Shown in pieces: positions 52,009 through 62,860 of a stretch of DNA of 64,000 nt (position 1 is the first letter of the stretch; each line of letters opens with the position of its first letter). Made by a program: the position numbers and the translations under genes. The notes below the pieces were generated by a model. That model was not told the DNA's origin, made no database searches, and was given only the letters and a program-made list of their open reading frames with translations. Source of the DNA: Nitrospiraceae bacterium (lineage in GTDB: Bacteria > Nitrospirota > Nitrospiria > Nitrospirales > Nitrospiraceae); assembly GCA_050246315.1 (NCBI GenBank), contig JBFWWG010000008.1:32001-96000 (forward strand). Direction: 5' to 3'.

Positions 52009-52743
52009 GACATCGTCTCCATACCTCATATGCTCGCCCCATTTGTAAAGCCAGGATTGGTATTCGGCGAGGCCATCAATGTCCGGAAACAAGGAGGCCT
52101 TGTGTATGCCGCACTTGTTCAAATTAAGCTTGAGGGTTAACGGGCCACGTCCGATTGTGATTCGCACAACGTTCTCCGGCTTGAAAGCATTCGCGGGATT
52201 CTTGTGTATGGTGAATAAACCGGTTTGAGCAGGTATCCGCGGGCTAATGTGTGGCGGGTAATACATCATCACATCGTCGAGGGCGTCGAGGTCGTTGTGT
52301 TTTTCAGGGGGCGCCAGTGGGACGTCTTTGACGGCGTAGATCATGGGCGGGACGGCGCGGTCACGCGCGTCTTCGACGGCAAAGTAAGCCGCAACAAAAA
52401 GGCTTTCGCTCCAGTCGAGCAGGCGGGTAAACATCCCGTGATGTTGTGCCAAAGCGAGCCACTCAAGCCGGTTGTCGGGAACATGCCTGACGTATGGTCC
52501 AGCGGCGCGCATGAAATGCCGCACCATTGTTTCCTCGGCGTTGCGGTCATAAAGAAGCTCGCCGCCGCTCAGGGCTTTGCGCGACCCCGGTCGACCGATC
52601 TTGGGAATGAGCTCGTAGTTGCTCTGACGCACTCCACGGAAGATCCAACTGCCGTCCTTACGAAAGGGCTGAACGAGGCTGGCCAGCTCCTCAAACGAGT
52701 TTATGGTTCGATCCTTCCGGATACTGATACCTATCTCCGCCAA
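52003..52743 (-). CDS. FRG domain-containing protein, cassette 1
   Basis: WIFRGV, LALAQHHGMFTRLLDWS, AAYFAV, RIPAQTGLFT, SLFPDIDG; stop lies within R''. Confidence 0.9.
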   Translation of the reverse strand: MAEIGISIRKDRTINSFEELASLVQPFRKDGSWIFRGVRQSNYELIPKIGRPGSRKALSGGELLYDRNAEETMVRHFMRAAGPYVRHVPDNRLEWLALAQHHGMFTRLLDWSESLFVAAYFAVEDARDRAVPPMIYAVKDVPLAPPEKHNDLDALDDVMMYYPPHISPRIPAQTGLFTIHKNPANAFKPENVVRITIGRGPLTLKLNLNKCGIHKASLFPDIDGLAEYQSWLYKWGEHMRYGDDVS

Positions 52744-52771
52744 GCCGCTCCCCCCGTTCGACTTTGATGTC

Positions 52772-52834
52772 AGCTAACTTGAAGTCGGCTCCCGAAATGG
52801 TGTAGTTGTAGACACCGTTGCGGCACAAGTTAGC
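52772..52834 (-). other. attI: attI region; crossover G/TTAGCT at 52778
   Basis: Cassette 1 begins TTAGCTGACATC at 52777, between intI and the first cassette. Extent of attI is inferred. Confidence 0.75.
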
Positions 52835-52848
52835 GAGAACCTCCTGCC

Positions 52849-53871
52849 ATGTCAATCACTTCGTCCCAGCCGAGGAAACCGCTGTCCAGGAGTTATACAC
52901 CTCAAGAGGCCAGGCCCTCCGATACCCTCTTCGACCAGGTGCGCGACGCCATCCGCGTCAAGCATTACAGTCTCCGGACCGAGCATTCCTATCTCCAATG
53001 GGTGCGCCAGTTCGTCGGTTACCACAAGCGCCACCCCGGCGCGTTGGGCGAAACAGAGGTGCGGGATTTTCTCACGCACCTGGCCCGAGACCGCCGCGTC
53101 AGCGCGTCCACGCAAAACCAGGCCTTCAGCGCGATTCTGTTTCTCTTTCGGGAGGTCTTGAAGAAAGACATCGGCGAGTTGCAAGGCGTCGAGCGGGCTC
53201 AGAACCGAGATCGCATCCCGCTCGTGCTGTCGCGGGAGGAAGTGCGTGCCGTGTTGTCCCATCTCCAAGGCACGCCGCGCGTGATGGCGGACCTGCTCTA
53301 CGGCTCGGGGCTGCGACTCATGGAATGTGTGCGATTGCGCGTGAAAGATATCGATATTCCACGACGGCAGCTCATCGTGCGAGAGGGGAAGGGCGGCGAT
53401 GATCGCGCGACCCTGTTGCCCCAGGCCGTGATCGCGCCGCTGCAACGCCAACTCGAGTATGCGAAGGCCCTCCACCAGCAGGACCTGCGCGACGGCTATG
53501 GCGAGGTGTACCTGCCCTTCGCGCTCGAGCGGAAATATCCCCATGCGGAGACGGAATGGGGGTGGCAGTATGTGTTCCCGTCGAAACAGCGGTCGGTCGA
53601 TCCGCGCTCGGGCAAGGTTCGCCGTCATCATCTCGACGAGAAGGTGCTGCAACGGGCGATGAAGGAGGCGGTGCGCGCCGCTGGGCTGACCAAGCCGGCC
53701 AGTTGCCACACGCTCCGACACAGTTTCGCGACCCATCTCCTGGAAGCGGGCTACGACATACGGACCGTGCAAGAGTTGCTCGGCCACAAAGACGTGCAGA
53801 CCACCATGATCTACACGCACGTGCTGGCCCACGGTCCTAAAGGGGTACGGAGCCCGTTGGACATGACGTGA
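52849..53871 (+). CDS. intI: Integron integrase
   Basis: [10 protein letters not shown], integron-specific patch [12 protein letters not shown]...[33 protein letters not shown]. Confidence 0.97.
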   Translation: MSITSSQPRKPLSRSYTPQEARPSDTLFDQVRDAIRVKHYSLRTEHSYLQWVRQFVGYHKRHPGALGETEVRDFLTHLARDRRVSASTQNQAFSAILFLFREVLKKDIGELQGVERAQNRDRIPLVLSREEVRAVLSHLQGTPRVMADLLYGSGLRLMECVRLRVKDIDIPRRQLIVREGKGGDDRATLLPQAVIAPLQRQLEYAKALHQQDLRDGYGEVYLPFALERKYPHAETEWGWQYVFPSKQRSVDPRSGKVRRHHLDEKVLQRAMKEAVRAAGLTKPASCHTLRHSFATHLLEAGYDIRTVQELLGHKDVQTTMIYTHVLAHGPKGVRSPLDMT

Positions 53872-54009
53872 GTGTGGGCTTCTCTTTAGACTACCGTTTG
53901 CCGCCCTCCGCTGGCCCTCTCCCCTAGCCCGCGTCGGATGACTGCCATCCCACAGCCTCGTGCGCTAGCTTTCGCTCACGCGGTCCTGCTATCTTGACAA
54001 ATCAACCAG

Positions 54010-55980
54010 ATGGACCGCCCGTTTTTCATCACGACACCGATCTATTACGTCAACGACGTGCCGCACATCGGGCACGCCTACACCACTATTGCGGCCGACG
54101 TGCTGGCGCGGTATCACCGCTTGCGCGGCAGGCAGGTTTTTTTCCTCACCGGGGTCGATGAACACGGGCAGAAGGTCCAGCAGGCGGCCGCCAAGGCCGG
54201 CATCGACCCGCAGGCCTACTGCGACAAGCTCGCGCCGCAATTCGAACGACTCTGGCAGCCGGAGCGCCTCAACATCTCGAACGATGCGTTCATCCGCACG
54301 ACCCATAAGCAACACCAGGAGATCGTTCAGCGGTACCTCCGCGAATTGTTCGATCGACAATTGATTTATGGCGACGACTACACCGGGTGGTACTGCACCT
54401 TCGACGAGCGGTTCTGGACCGAAAAGGATGTGGTGGACGGACTTTGCCCGGACTGCAAACGGCCGGTCGAACGACTGAGCGAGCGAAATTATTTTTTCAA
54501 GATGGGACAGTATCAGGATCGGCTCATCGCGCACATCGACGCGCATCAGGACTTCATTCGCCCGGAGTCGCGACGAAACGAGGTCCTGGGCTTCCTCAAG
54601 ACTCAAACACTCGGCGACCTCTCGATCTCGCGTCCCAAGTCGCGGCTCTCGTGGGGCATCGAGCTGCCTTTCGATCCGGACTATGTCACCTATGTCTGGT
54701 TCGACGCCTTGGTGAATTACATCTCGGCGCTGGAGTACCTTCCGCGCGAGAACCCGGCCGGCCACCAATTCTGGCCGGCTGACCTGCATCTGGTCGGCAA
54801 GGACATCCTCACGACCCATGCGGTCTATTGGTCCACGATCCTGATGGCGCTCGGTCTTGAGCTACCGAAGACCATCTTTGCACACGGTTGGTGGACCGTG
54901 GACGGCGAGAAGATGTCGAAGAGCCGCGGGAACGTCGTGGATCCGAACGTGATGATCGACCGGTTTGGCACCGATGCCTTCCGCTACTTCCTGCTTCGCG
55001 AGGTGCCGTTCGGACACGACGGGGATTTCTCGGAACCCGGCATGGTCGGGCGCATCAACAGCGAATTGGCTGACGACCTCGGGAACCTGTTGAGCCGAAG
55101 CCTCACGATGATCGAGCGATTCGCCGACGGCGTCATCCCTCACGCCAAGCCCACGCCCGAACTTTCTCGACAAGCCGGCGAGGTTGTCTCGCGTGTCTTC
55201 GCGCATCTGGATCGTGTTGAATTCGGCAAGGCGCTCGAAGCCGCCTGGGAGCTCGTGCAATCGACGAATCAGTACATCGACAAGACTGCCCCATGGAAGT
55301 TGGCTAAACAACCCGATGCGAAAACCCATCTCGACGAAGTGCTCTTTCACCTTGCCGCCACATTGAAAACTCTGGGTCTGATTCTCGTCCCCTTCATGCC
55401 AACCAAAGGGAATGAAATCCTGAAACAGATCGGAGTTGCCCTGAAGCCTTCTGACTGTCTTCCTGACGCCGCACTCAATTGGGACGACCTCCCGGGTCAC
55501 AGGATTGCCAAGGGAAGCACGCTGTTTCCGAAAATCGACCAGCCTATACGAGGAGCCAAGCCCGTGACCGATTCATCGACACCAGCACCCGCACCGACCA
55601 CGCCGGCAGCTCAGCCGGCCGCCGCTGCGCCTTCAACCGCAATGTCCACGGCCCCGCCGCAGATCACCATCGACGAGTTCATGAAGATCCAGCTCAAGAC
55701 CGCCAAGGTCCTCACGGCCGAACGGGTGCCCCGTTCCGAAAAGCTCATCAAGCTCCAGGTGGATCTCGGGTCCGAGCAGCGTCAGATTGTCGCGGGGATC
55801 GGCAAGAAATATGAGCCGGAGCAACTGGTCGGCCGCACGATCGTGATCGTCGCCAACCTCAAGCCAGCCAAGCTCATGGGCATCGAGTCACAGGGGATGG
55901 TCTTGGCGGCGGGCGATGCGGAGGTGAAGGGACTCGTCGGGATCGTCGAAGACGTGGACCCCGGCACGAAGGTCAAATGA
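54010..55980 (+). CDS. metG: Methionine--tRNA ligase
   Basis: PHIGH, YVWFDAL, KMSKS, C-terminal tRNA-binding domain. Confidence 0.98.
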   Translation: MDRPFFITTPIYYVNDVPHIGHAYTTIAADVLARYHRLRGRQVFFLTGVDEHGQKVQQAAAKAGIDPQAYCDKLAPQFERLWQPERLNISNDAFIRTTHKQHQEIVQRYLRELFDRQLIYGDDYTGWYCTFDERFWTEKDVVDGLCPDCKRPVERLSERNYFFKMGQYQDRLIAHIDAHQDFIRPESRRNEVLGFLKTQTLGDLSISRPKSRLSWGIELPFDPDYVTYVWFDALVNYISALEYLPRENPAGHQFWPADLHLVGKDILTTHAVYWSTILMALGLELPKTIFAHGWWTVDGEKMSKSRGNVVDPNVMIDRFGTDAFRYFLLREVPFGHDGDFSEPGMVGRINSELADDLGNLLSRSLTMIERFADGVIPHAKPTPELSRQAGEVVSRVFAHLDRVEFGKALEAAWELVQSTNQYIDKTAPWKLAKQPDAKTHLDEVLFHLAATLKTLGLILVPFMPTKGNEILKQIGVALKPSDCLPDAALNWDDLPGHRIAKGSTLFPKIDQPIRGAKPVTDSSTPAPAPTTPAAQPAAAAPSTAMSTAPPQITIDEFMKIQLKTAKVLTAERVPRSEKLIKLQVDLGSEQRQIVAGIGKKYEPEQLVGRTIVIVANLKPAKLMGIESQGMVLAAGDAEVKGLVGIVEDVDPGTKVK

Positions 55981-56834
55981 GCGCCGGCCGACATTGGATC
56001 GTCTGTTTCTGGAGCGTCCTCGTTCTCTGGCTCGTTCATCCACCTCAGGCCTTTGCTCAAGGGACGCCTCCCAGCGACCAGCCTCTGAACGAAGCCCTCG
56101 CCACGAATGTGACCGTTCGGGTGGTCGGACACGGATCGCTCGTGCTCGGACGGGAGGTGGGAGGGGCTCGGGTCACCATCACCGACCTCGCCACGGGCCG
56201 AATCCTCGCGTCCGGATTGCAACAGGGCGAGGCCGGGGATCAAAACCAAATCATGCGCACGCCGCACTACATGCGGGAGCCGCTCTTTAGCACCAGCCCG
56301 TCCGCCTCCTACTCGACCACCCTGTACCTGACCCACCCTACCCAGGTCGAGATTACGGCAGAGGGTCCGCTCTCCTACCCGGCCGCTTTGCAACGGGTCT
56401 CAGAGACGGTCTGGCTGATTCCCGGTCAACACATGACGGGCGACGGGATCGTCTTGCAACTCTACGGCTACATCGTGCAGATCATGGAACCCAAAGCGGG
56501 AGACTCCTTGATCGCGAAGGAGGATCAACCGCTGCGCGTGTCGGTCCGAACGCTCGCCGGAACTCCGGTCCGGCCCCACGGAGACTGGGATTCGCGCCAG
56601 GTGCACATCTACGGGGAAGTGGTGGTCGGCAACCAGGTGACCGAACGGCTCCAGATGTTTTATTCCGGCGAGAAGGGACTCTTCGAGTCGTCCTTCTTCG
56701 TCCCTACTCCCAAGGACGCGCCGGATGGCCTGATGCTGCGGGTCGTGGCCGTCCATGCGACCGATGGGAACATGGCCGTGGGCGAAGCCAAGTTTCCGGT
56801 GCTGTCGGAACGGCTTCGCCCGCCACGCCGGTAG
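55977..56834 (+). CDS. Hypothetical exported protein
   Basis: Signal peptide ending AFA; ATGA overlap with metG. Confidence 0.7.
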   Translation: MSAGRHWIVCFWSVLVLWLVHPPQAFAQGTPPSDQPLNEALATNVTVRVVGHGSLVLGREVGGARVTITDLATGRILASGLQQGEAGDQNQIMRTPHYMREPLFSTSPSASYSTTLYLTHPTQVEITAEGPLSYPAALQRVSETVWLIPGQHMTGDGIVLQLYGYIVQIMEPKAGDSLIAKEDQPLRVSVRTLAGTPVRPHGDWDSRQVHIYGEVVVGNQVTERLQMFYSGEKGLFESSFFVPTPKDAPDGLMLRVVAVHATDGNMAVGEAKFPVLSERLRPPRR

Positions 56835-56871
56835 GCCGCTTCGCCCGCATTGAACAAGGAAGGGAATCCCG

Positions 56872-58698
56872 ATGGATCCCAAACAACGGCAATTCTCGAT
56901 CTGGTACGTCTTCATCGCCATCTGGTTGATGCTGCTAATTCAAACCTTCATCACGCCGCTCATCGGCCCCAAGGAGCTGGCCTATACCGAGTTCAAGAAA
57001 GCGGTGGCGGAGGACAAGATTCTTGAAGCGGCCATTTCCCAGGCGCTCATCCATGGCCGGGCCAAAGAGGGGGCGCTCGGCGACGGCAGCGATCTCTTCA
57101 AGACGATCAGGGTGGAGGACCCGCGTCTCCTGGAAGACCTCGAACAGCACCACGTGACCGTGACGGGCGTAATCGAGAGTACCTTCTGGCGAGACATCCT
57201 CTCCTGGGTCATCCCTGCGCTCGTGTTCGTTGGACTTTGGTGGCTGATTCTCCGCCGGATGGGTCAGGGCCAAGGGAGCTTCATGACCGTCGGCCAGAGC
57301 AAGGCCAAGATCTACATGGAACGGGAGGTCAAGGTCAGCTTCGCCGACGTGGCCGGCGTAGACGAAGCCAAACAGGAATTGCAGGAAGTCATCGAGTTTC
57401 TGAAAACGCCGGAAAAGTTTCAGCGCCTCGGCGGCAAGATCCCTAAAGGCATTCTGCTCGTCGGCCCGCCGGGCACCGGCAAGACCTTGCTCGCCAAGGC
57501 CGTGGCCGGCGAGGCGGCGGTACCGTTCTTCTCCATCAGCGGCTCGGAGTTCGTCGAAATGTTCGTCGGCGTGGGGGCCGCCCGCGTCCGGGATCTGTTC
57601 GAGCAGGCCAAGAAGCGGGCTCCCTGCATTATTTTCATCGACGAGCTGGACGCCCTCGGCAAGGCGCGCGGGATCGGCCCGATGGCGCACGAAGAGCGCG
57701 AACAGACCCTGAATCAGCTCTTGGTCGAGATGGACGGATTCGATTCACGGGTCGGCGTCATCCTTATGGCCGCGACCAACCGGCCGGAAATCCTGGACCC
57801 GGCCCTGCTTCGAGCCGGCCGCTTCGACCGGCAAGTGTTGGTGGACCGTCCGGATAAGATCGGGCGGCTCGCGATCTTGAAGGTGCACGCACGCCAGATC
57901 CGTCTCAAGTCCGAGCAGGACCTCGACGTGATCGCCGCCATGACGCCCGGATTCGTCGGCGCAGATCTGGCCAATATCCTCAACGAGGCGGCTCTGCTGG
58001 CTGTGCGACGCAACAAGGATGTCGTCGAACTGGCCGAACTGCAGGAGGCCGTCGAACGCGTCATCGCCGGTCTCGAAAAAAAGAACCGCGTGTTGAACAA
58101 GATGGAAAAGGAGCGGGTGGCGCACCACGAGGTCGGCCATGCGCTCGTGGCGCTTTCGATTCCAGGCGCCGATAGCGTTCACAAGATCTCGATCATCCCG
58201 CGCGGCATCGCCGCCCTCGGCTACACGATGCAATTGCCGACCGAAGACCGTTTTCTCATGACCAAGAGCGAGCTCAAGGACAAGATCGCCGTGCTGCTGG
58301 GAGGCCGCGCCGCAGAAGAGCTCGTCTATCAGGAAGTCTCCACCGGCGCCCAGGACGATCTCCTCAAGGCTACGGACATCGCCAAGAGCATGGTGAAGTC
58401 CTACGGGATGAGCGACAAGTTGGGCCAGGTCAGCTTTGAAACAGCGAGACAACCCCTGTTCCTCCAGACCGGCCGGACACCCCAGGGCGATTACAGCGAG
58501 GAAACCTCCCGTGAGATCGATTGCGAAGTGCGGGAGATCATCGACGCCGAATTCGAGCGGGCCCGCGCCGTGCTCCACCGGGACGAGCCGACGTTGCGGA
58601 AGGCCGCGCAGGTCCTCCTCTCCAAGGAAGTCATTTCCGGCGACGAATTGAAGGCTATTCTGGCCGACTCGCGCTCCGTCCAGGGCATGCCCGCATGA
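56872..58698 (+). CDS. ftsH: ATP-dependent zinc metalloprotease FtsH
   Basis: Two TMs, [29 protein letters not shown]. Confidence 0.97.
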   Translation: MDPKQRQFSIWYVFIAIWLMLLIQTFITPLIGPKELAYTEFKKAVAEDKILEAAISQALIHGRAKEGALGDGSDLFKTIRVEDPRLLEDLEQHHVTVTGVIESTFWRDILSWVIPALVFVGLWWLILRRMGQGQGSFMTVGQSKAKIYMEREVKVSFADVAGVDEAKQELQEVIEFLKTPEKFQRLGGKIPKGILLVGPPGTGKTLLAKAVAGEAAVPFFSISGSEFVEMFVGVGAARVRDLFEQAKKRAPCIIFIDELDALGKARGIGPMAHEEREQTLNQLLVEMDGFDSRVGVILMAATNRPEILDPALLRAGRFDRQVLVDRPDKIGRLAILKVHARQIRLKSEQDLDVIAAMTPGFVGADLANILNEAALLAVRRNKDVVELAELQEAVERVIAGLEKKNRVLNKMEKERVAHHEVGHALVALSIPGADSVHKISIIPRGIAALGYTMQLPTEDRFLMTKSELKDKIAVLLGGRAAEELVYQEVSTGAQDDLLKATDIAKSMVKSYGMSDKLGQVSFETARQPLFLQTGRTPQGDYSEETSREIDCEVREIIDAEFERARAVLHRDEPTLRKAAQVLLSKEVISGDELKAILADSRSVQGMPA

Positions 58699-59387
58699 TC
58701 ACCTGCGTGCTCTTCGATCTCGACGGCACGCTGATCGACTCGTGGCGGCTCTACATGGAGGCCTATACACAGACCTTCGAGGAATGCTACGGCCGCCCCT
58801 TTGACCGGTCGGAAACGCTGGAATTGCTCGGCCGCCGGCCCCGGTCGGAAACCTGGCTCCTCCACAATCTCCTCGGTCCGGCCGCCCGTCTCAATGCGTT
58901 CGAGTTATTTCTCGCGCGCTACCGGTCGCTGCACGGCTCGCATTTCAACGGCCCCTACGACGGTGTCGTGGACATGCTGCGGGAATTGCGCGCGCATCGC
59001 TATGCCTTGGGGATCGTCACCGGCAAAAGCCGCGAGGCCTGGACGATCACCGGGCCCCGAGCAGGGCTTCCCCCGTTCGACGTGGTCGTCACCGAAAGCG
59101 ACATTGCCACCCCCAAGCCGGACCCGGAAGGTTTATTGAGAGCGCTGAATCTGCTCGGACGAGACATCGCCGAGACCCTCTATATCGGAGATTCCCTCGT
59201 CGACGCCGAGGCCGCGCGGGCGATCGGCATGACCTTTTGGGCGGCAGCCTGGCCGAAAGCCCCGGATGAAAAACCGTCGTTTGCGGCATCGGTGCTGGCA
59301 ATGGGCGCGGCTCGCCTGCTGGAATCTCCCGGAGAGATCGTTCAGGCCTTGTGCCTGGATTCCACCGACGCTGTGACCAACCGATGA
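58695..59387 (+). CDS. HAD-family hydrolase (phosphoglycolate phosphatase-like)
   Basis: FDLDGTLID, KPDP, IGDS; ATGA overlap with ftsH. Confidence 0.9.
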   Translation: MITCVLFDLDGTLIDSWRLYMEAYTQTFEECYGRPFDRSETLELLGRRPRSETWLLHNLLGPAARLNAFELFLARYRSLHGSHFNGPYDGVVDMLRELRAHRYALGIVTGKSREAWTITGPRAGLPPFDVVVTESDIATPKPDPEGLLRALNLLGRDIAETLYIGDSLVDAEAARAIGMTFWAAAWPKAPDEKPSFAASVLAMGAARLLESPGEIVQALCLDSTDAVTNR

Positions 59388-59652
59388 ATCCGCACCCGAT
59401 GACCTCGCTTTACCCGGATGTATCATGATCGCTTTTCCTGTAACCGATCGCTTCTCCTGTAACCGCCTGTCTGCCGACAGGCAGGCCGATACGCCGTTGC
59501 GACGAGCTTGGATGCCGGTGTCTCGCATCCAAGCGGGCAGGCTTGCCTCATGTGGCGTCTGGGCGGTTTCGTCACGAACCGTCACGAATAATGCGGCTTA
59601 ACCGTCGGCAGGACGTTGGGCACAATCGCAGAGGAGAGAGAGGAGGGACCCT

Positions 59653-60351
59653 ATGCGCGCACGCCGCACAACCGACTCAGTGGTTCTGATCGGCCTACTC
59701 GCCGTTGCCGTCGGCTTCCTGTCAACCGGCGCGTTGGCCCAGCATGGGCATCAACGGGATCAACCGCGCGACATCAAGGAGTACCTCGAAAACCTGGAGC
59801 GACCCGAACGCGATGCCTATCAAAAGCCAGCTCAGGTGATCGAGGCGCTGAGACTCAAGCCCGGCATGGCCGTCGCGGATATCGGTTCCGGCTCCGGCTA
59901 CTTCACGAGACGGTTCGCGGAGGCCGTCGCCCAAACCGGGAAGATCTACGCCGTGGATGTCGAGCCGGAGATGCTGGAGTCTGCGAAACAGAGCGTCGAG
60001 CGCATGCGCGCGGCATTCAATGCCGAGTTCATTCTGGCGGAACCGGACAATCCCAAATTGCCGGTCGAGTCCGTCGATTTGATCTTCGTCTGCAACACCG
60101 TTCATCACCTGGAACATCGCGGCAACTATTTTGCCGGATTGCGATCGGCGCTGAAGCCGGGCGGCCGGATCGCGATTGTGGACTTCTATCCTGATGAACG
60201 TTCCGGCGATCTTGGCTTTTCCAAACGCCATCTGGTCCCGCGCGAGACGGTCCTCGACGACATGGCGAAGGCCGGCTACCGGCTGATCAAGGAACACGAT
60301 TTTCTGCCGAAACAGTACTTCTTGGAGTTCGCGCCGACCGCGGCACCATGA
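59653..60351 (+). CDS. Class I SAM-dependent methyltransferase with signal peptide
   Basis: ADIGSGSGYF, YAVDV, LKPGGRIAIVDF. Confidence 0.9.
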   Translation: MRARRTTDSVVLIGLLAVAVGFLSTGALAQHGHQRDQPRDIKEYLENLERPERDAYQKPAQVIEALRLKPGMAVADIGSGSGYFTRRFAEAVAQTGKIYAVDVEPEMLESAKQSVERMRAAFNAEFILAEPDNPKLPVESVDLIFVCNTVHHLEHRGNYFAGLRSALKPGGRIAIVDFYPDERSGDLGFSKRHLVPRETVLDDMAKAGYRLIKEHDFLPKQYFLEFAPTAAP

Positions 60352-60433
60352 GCGAAGATCCGAGCGTCCAAACCAGAGACGGGCCGGAGGCGTCCGTTTC
60401 TTGCTCCGAAAGGCCGCTCATGCGACACTACGT

Positions 60434-61381
60434 ATGATGACGACGTCGCACCCGCCCTATTCGGAACTCAGGCAACGCCTGTATCTCGCGCTCGGTCTCA
60501 ACGCCGTCGTCATTTTGGCCGAGTTTGCCGCCGGCTGGTGGCTCGACAGCATGGGCTTGATGAGCGATGCGAGCCACAACCTCATCGACCAGGGCTCGCT
60601 CTTTCTCGCGCTCTATGCCCACCTCCTGGCCGCGCGACCCGCGACGGAGTCTCGCACGTTCGGCTATCACCGGGCCGGCATTATCTCCGCCTTCGTCAGC
60701 TCGTCCGTGTTGCTGCTGACCGCGCTGGCGATCGCGGCCTTGGCCGCCAACCGCATCCTCACACCCGTGCCGGTCCAGGGCGGTTGGGTCATGGGGGTCG
60801 CCTTCCTGTCGTTCGTCGCCAATTTGAGCATCGCCTTGCTGCTGCGGCGCGGAGCGGAGGAGGACCTGAACATTCGGGGCGCCTTCTGGCACATGTTGGG
60901 AGACGCGTGGATCTCGCTCGGCGTGGTGGCCAGCGGTGCGGCCATCCTCGTGACGGGCTGGACCGTGCTCGACCCGATCGTCAGCCTGCTGGTGGTCGTG
61001 GTGATCGTGCGGGGAGCCTGGCCGATTCTTCGCGAATCGATGGAGGTGCTGCTGGAGTCAACGCCGCCCGGCATCAAAACGGCGCACGTAGTCGAGGCGA
61101 TCGAACATGTCCCGGGCGTGAAGAACGTGCACGATCTGCATATCTGGGCCGTCGAGCCACGCCTTGTGATGCTGACCTGTCACGTCATGGTGGAAGGCGA
61201 CGATTCCACCCTCACCAACGAGCTGCTCCACACCATCCGCCGTAAGGTGGCTGCCGAGTTCGGCATCCAACACCTCACGATCCAAATGGAAACGCAGTGC
61301 GGCCACGGGACGGACAGACACTGCAACCTCCGCCACCTCACCACCGACCACGCCACCGAACCCCTGCACGTGCATCAGTGA
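60434..61381 (+). CDS. Cation diffusion facilitator (CzcD/ZitB-like)
   Basis: SDASHNLID, TFGYHR, HMLGD, VHDLHIW, HLTIQME. Confidence 0.92.
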   Translation: MMTTSHPPYSELRQRLYLALGLNAVVILAEFAAGWWLDSMGLMSDASHNLIDQGSLFLALYAHLLAARPATESRTFGYHRAGIISAFVSSSVLLLTALAIAALAANRILTPVPVQGGWVMGVAFLSFVANLSIALLLRRGAEEDLNIRGAFWHMLGDAWISLGVVASGAAILVTGWTVLDPIVSLLVVVVIVRGAWPILRESMEVLLESTPPGIKTAHVVEAIEHVPGVKNVHDLHIWAVEPRLVMLTCHVMVEGDDSTLTNELLHTIRRKVAAEFGIQHLTIQMETQCGHGTDRHCNLRHLTTDHATEPLHVHQ

Positions 61382-61470
61382 GGGAACATTCTGCCGACTG
61401 CACGAGGGAATCGGCTCGGAAGAGCTGGCTCGGATGATCTCAAGGCGACCGGGGACGGAGAAGCCCCCTA

Positions 61471-61836
61471 TCATTCGCCCGCAGCAACGGCAACCGAACG
61501 ACGAGGTTCATCACTATTGATATCCGCAGCGATCGCCCCGCCGACTCCATCCGGATTCATCCAACGCGAACTGCCGGCCAGTGACGGTCCACGATCCGAC
61601 TCGTCCGCTGTTCCACGAGAACCGTCCGGATTGACCCAATCGCGATCGTTCCTTCCACGGACCTGGCTGTTGGCATCCTGCATTCCAACGCCAATGCCAA
61701 ACGACCCATCGGGATTCACCCACGTAACCTGTCCCACAATCATCGATCCTGGAGCCTCATCCCCTGCGTCAGACAATCCGCTGATGCCGAGTCCCAGCAC
61801 ACACATTCCCACGGCGACAACCACAGAACGTTTCAT
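61471..61836 (-). CDS. Hypothetical secreted protein with three W(V/M)NPDG repeats
   Basis: GGAGGAGG RBS, signal peptide, repeats TWVNPDGS, DWVNPDGS, RWMNPDGV. Confidence 0.75.
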   Translation of the reverse strand: MKRSVVVAVGMCVLGLGISGLSDAGDEAPGSMIVGQVTWVNPDGSFGIGVGMQDANSQVRGRNDRDWVNPDGSRGTADESDRGPSLAGSSRWMNPDGVGGAIAADINSDEPRRSVAVAAGE

Positions 61837-61925
61837 GGTCGCACCTCCTCCCTGTTGATGACCATCTCCATCATGGGTACAGGACCTCTTCTCACCGGCG
61901 TCCACAATTCACGCCGCTCGGTCAT
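61833..61925 (-). CDS. Putative 30-aa small ORF (MTERRELWTPVRRGPVPMMEMVINREEVRP)
   Basis: GGAGGAG RBS, fills the intergenic gap, stop overlaps next ATG (ATGA). Confidence 0.4.
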   Translation of the reverse strand: MTERRELWTPVRRGPVPMMEMVINREEVRP

Positions 61926-61927
61926 GG

Positions 61928-62767
61928 TCAATCTCCTCCATCCGTCTTGTCTGCATGCGGCGGCGAGATCATGGCTGATTTCACGCTCAACGGCTGCCCG
62001 GCCCAACCTGTTTTCGAAGCGAACCCCGGCCCATACAGGTCATAGAGTTCAAAAAACTGATAGCTCTTGCAGTCGGTCAACACTTCCTTGACCTCATTCA
62101 GATAGCGCTCAAATGAATACTCGAAGAGCACGCCTTGGCCTCCGACCATCGTCACGGTTCGACGCTCAGGATCGATCACACTTTCCTGATGAAACACGTA
62201 TCGGTAGTAGGGACTTTCAGGGCCGCCCACATGGCGAAGAAACTGTTCCCAGGTGGGCGGCGAGGTCAAAGAAAGCCGTTCGGCAATGTTGACACTCTGC
62301 ACGGGTCCGAACCTTCCGAAGAAATCCTGAAACATGTTGTCCATCCAGCGATGCTCTTCAGCCACATGGTGGATCGCATGCTCAAACGAAAGGATGGTGT
62401 GCGTTTCCCATCGAGATCCGGGCGCCCAGTGAAAGATGACGCCGTCCGTCGGCCCCGGCCATCCCGTCCCTCCCACCTGTTCAACTTGATGTTCGGTAAT
62501 CTTGTTGGCCCACACCCAATACAGAAAGTCGAGAAACCGCCGGTCATCGACCCTCAGAGTGAGCGTCTCGTTCGTCAACGCAGCCTTGGGGTTATAGCTC
62601 GTTCGGGCCGATTCACAATGGGCCTCCCACTCTGTGTTGGACCAGGCGGCATCGCTCACGGGGAAGGCCGGCGCCCCCTGAGGAAGCCACAGACACGATG
62701 TCACGAAGAGACACAAGACAGTCTGTAGAGAGGCCATTCGTGTAGATGTGGTTGTTACGGTCGCCAT
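61928..62767 (-). CDS. Hypothetical exported protein
   Basis: Long ORF with signal-like N-terminus; AAGGAA before ATG at 62767 (track 62806). Confidence 0.7.
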   Translation of the reverse strand: MATVTTTSTRMASLQTVLCLFVTSCLWLPQGAPAFPVSDAAWSNTEWEAHCESARTSYNPKAALTNETLTLRVDDRRFLDFLYWVWANKITEHQVEQVGGTGWPGPTDGVIFHWAPGSRWETHTILSFEHAIHHVAEEHRWMDNMFQDFFGRFGPVQSVNIAERLSLTSPPTWEQFLRHVGGPESPYYRYVFHQESVIDPERRTVTMVGGQGVLFEYSFERYLNEVKEVLTDCKSYQFFELYDLYGPGFASKTGWAGQPLSVKSAMISPPHADKTDGGD

Positions 62768-62860
62768 TGGACGTTCCTTCCGATCGCTCTGTGGCATGGA
62801 TGACATTCGCGAATCACGTCCTTCGCAGGAGACACGATCGCATCCTTTCCGTTCGATGCC

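Noticed and set aside
52852..53832. 326-aa ORF antisense to intI
   Set aside because: Shadow frame with no recognisable motifs.
52829..54009. intI itself being a gene cassette (GTTAGCG just before its ATG)
   Set aside because: No matching CGCTAAC/attC downstream of the intI stop.
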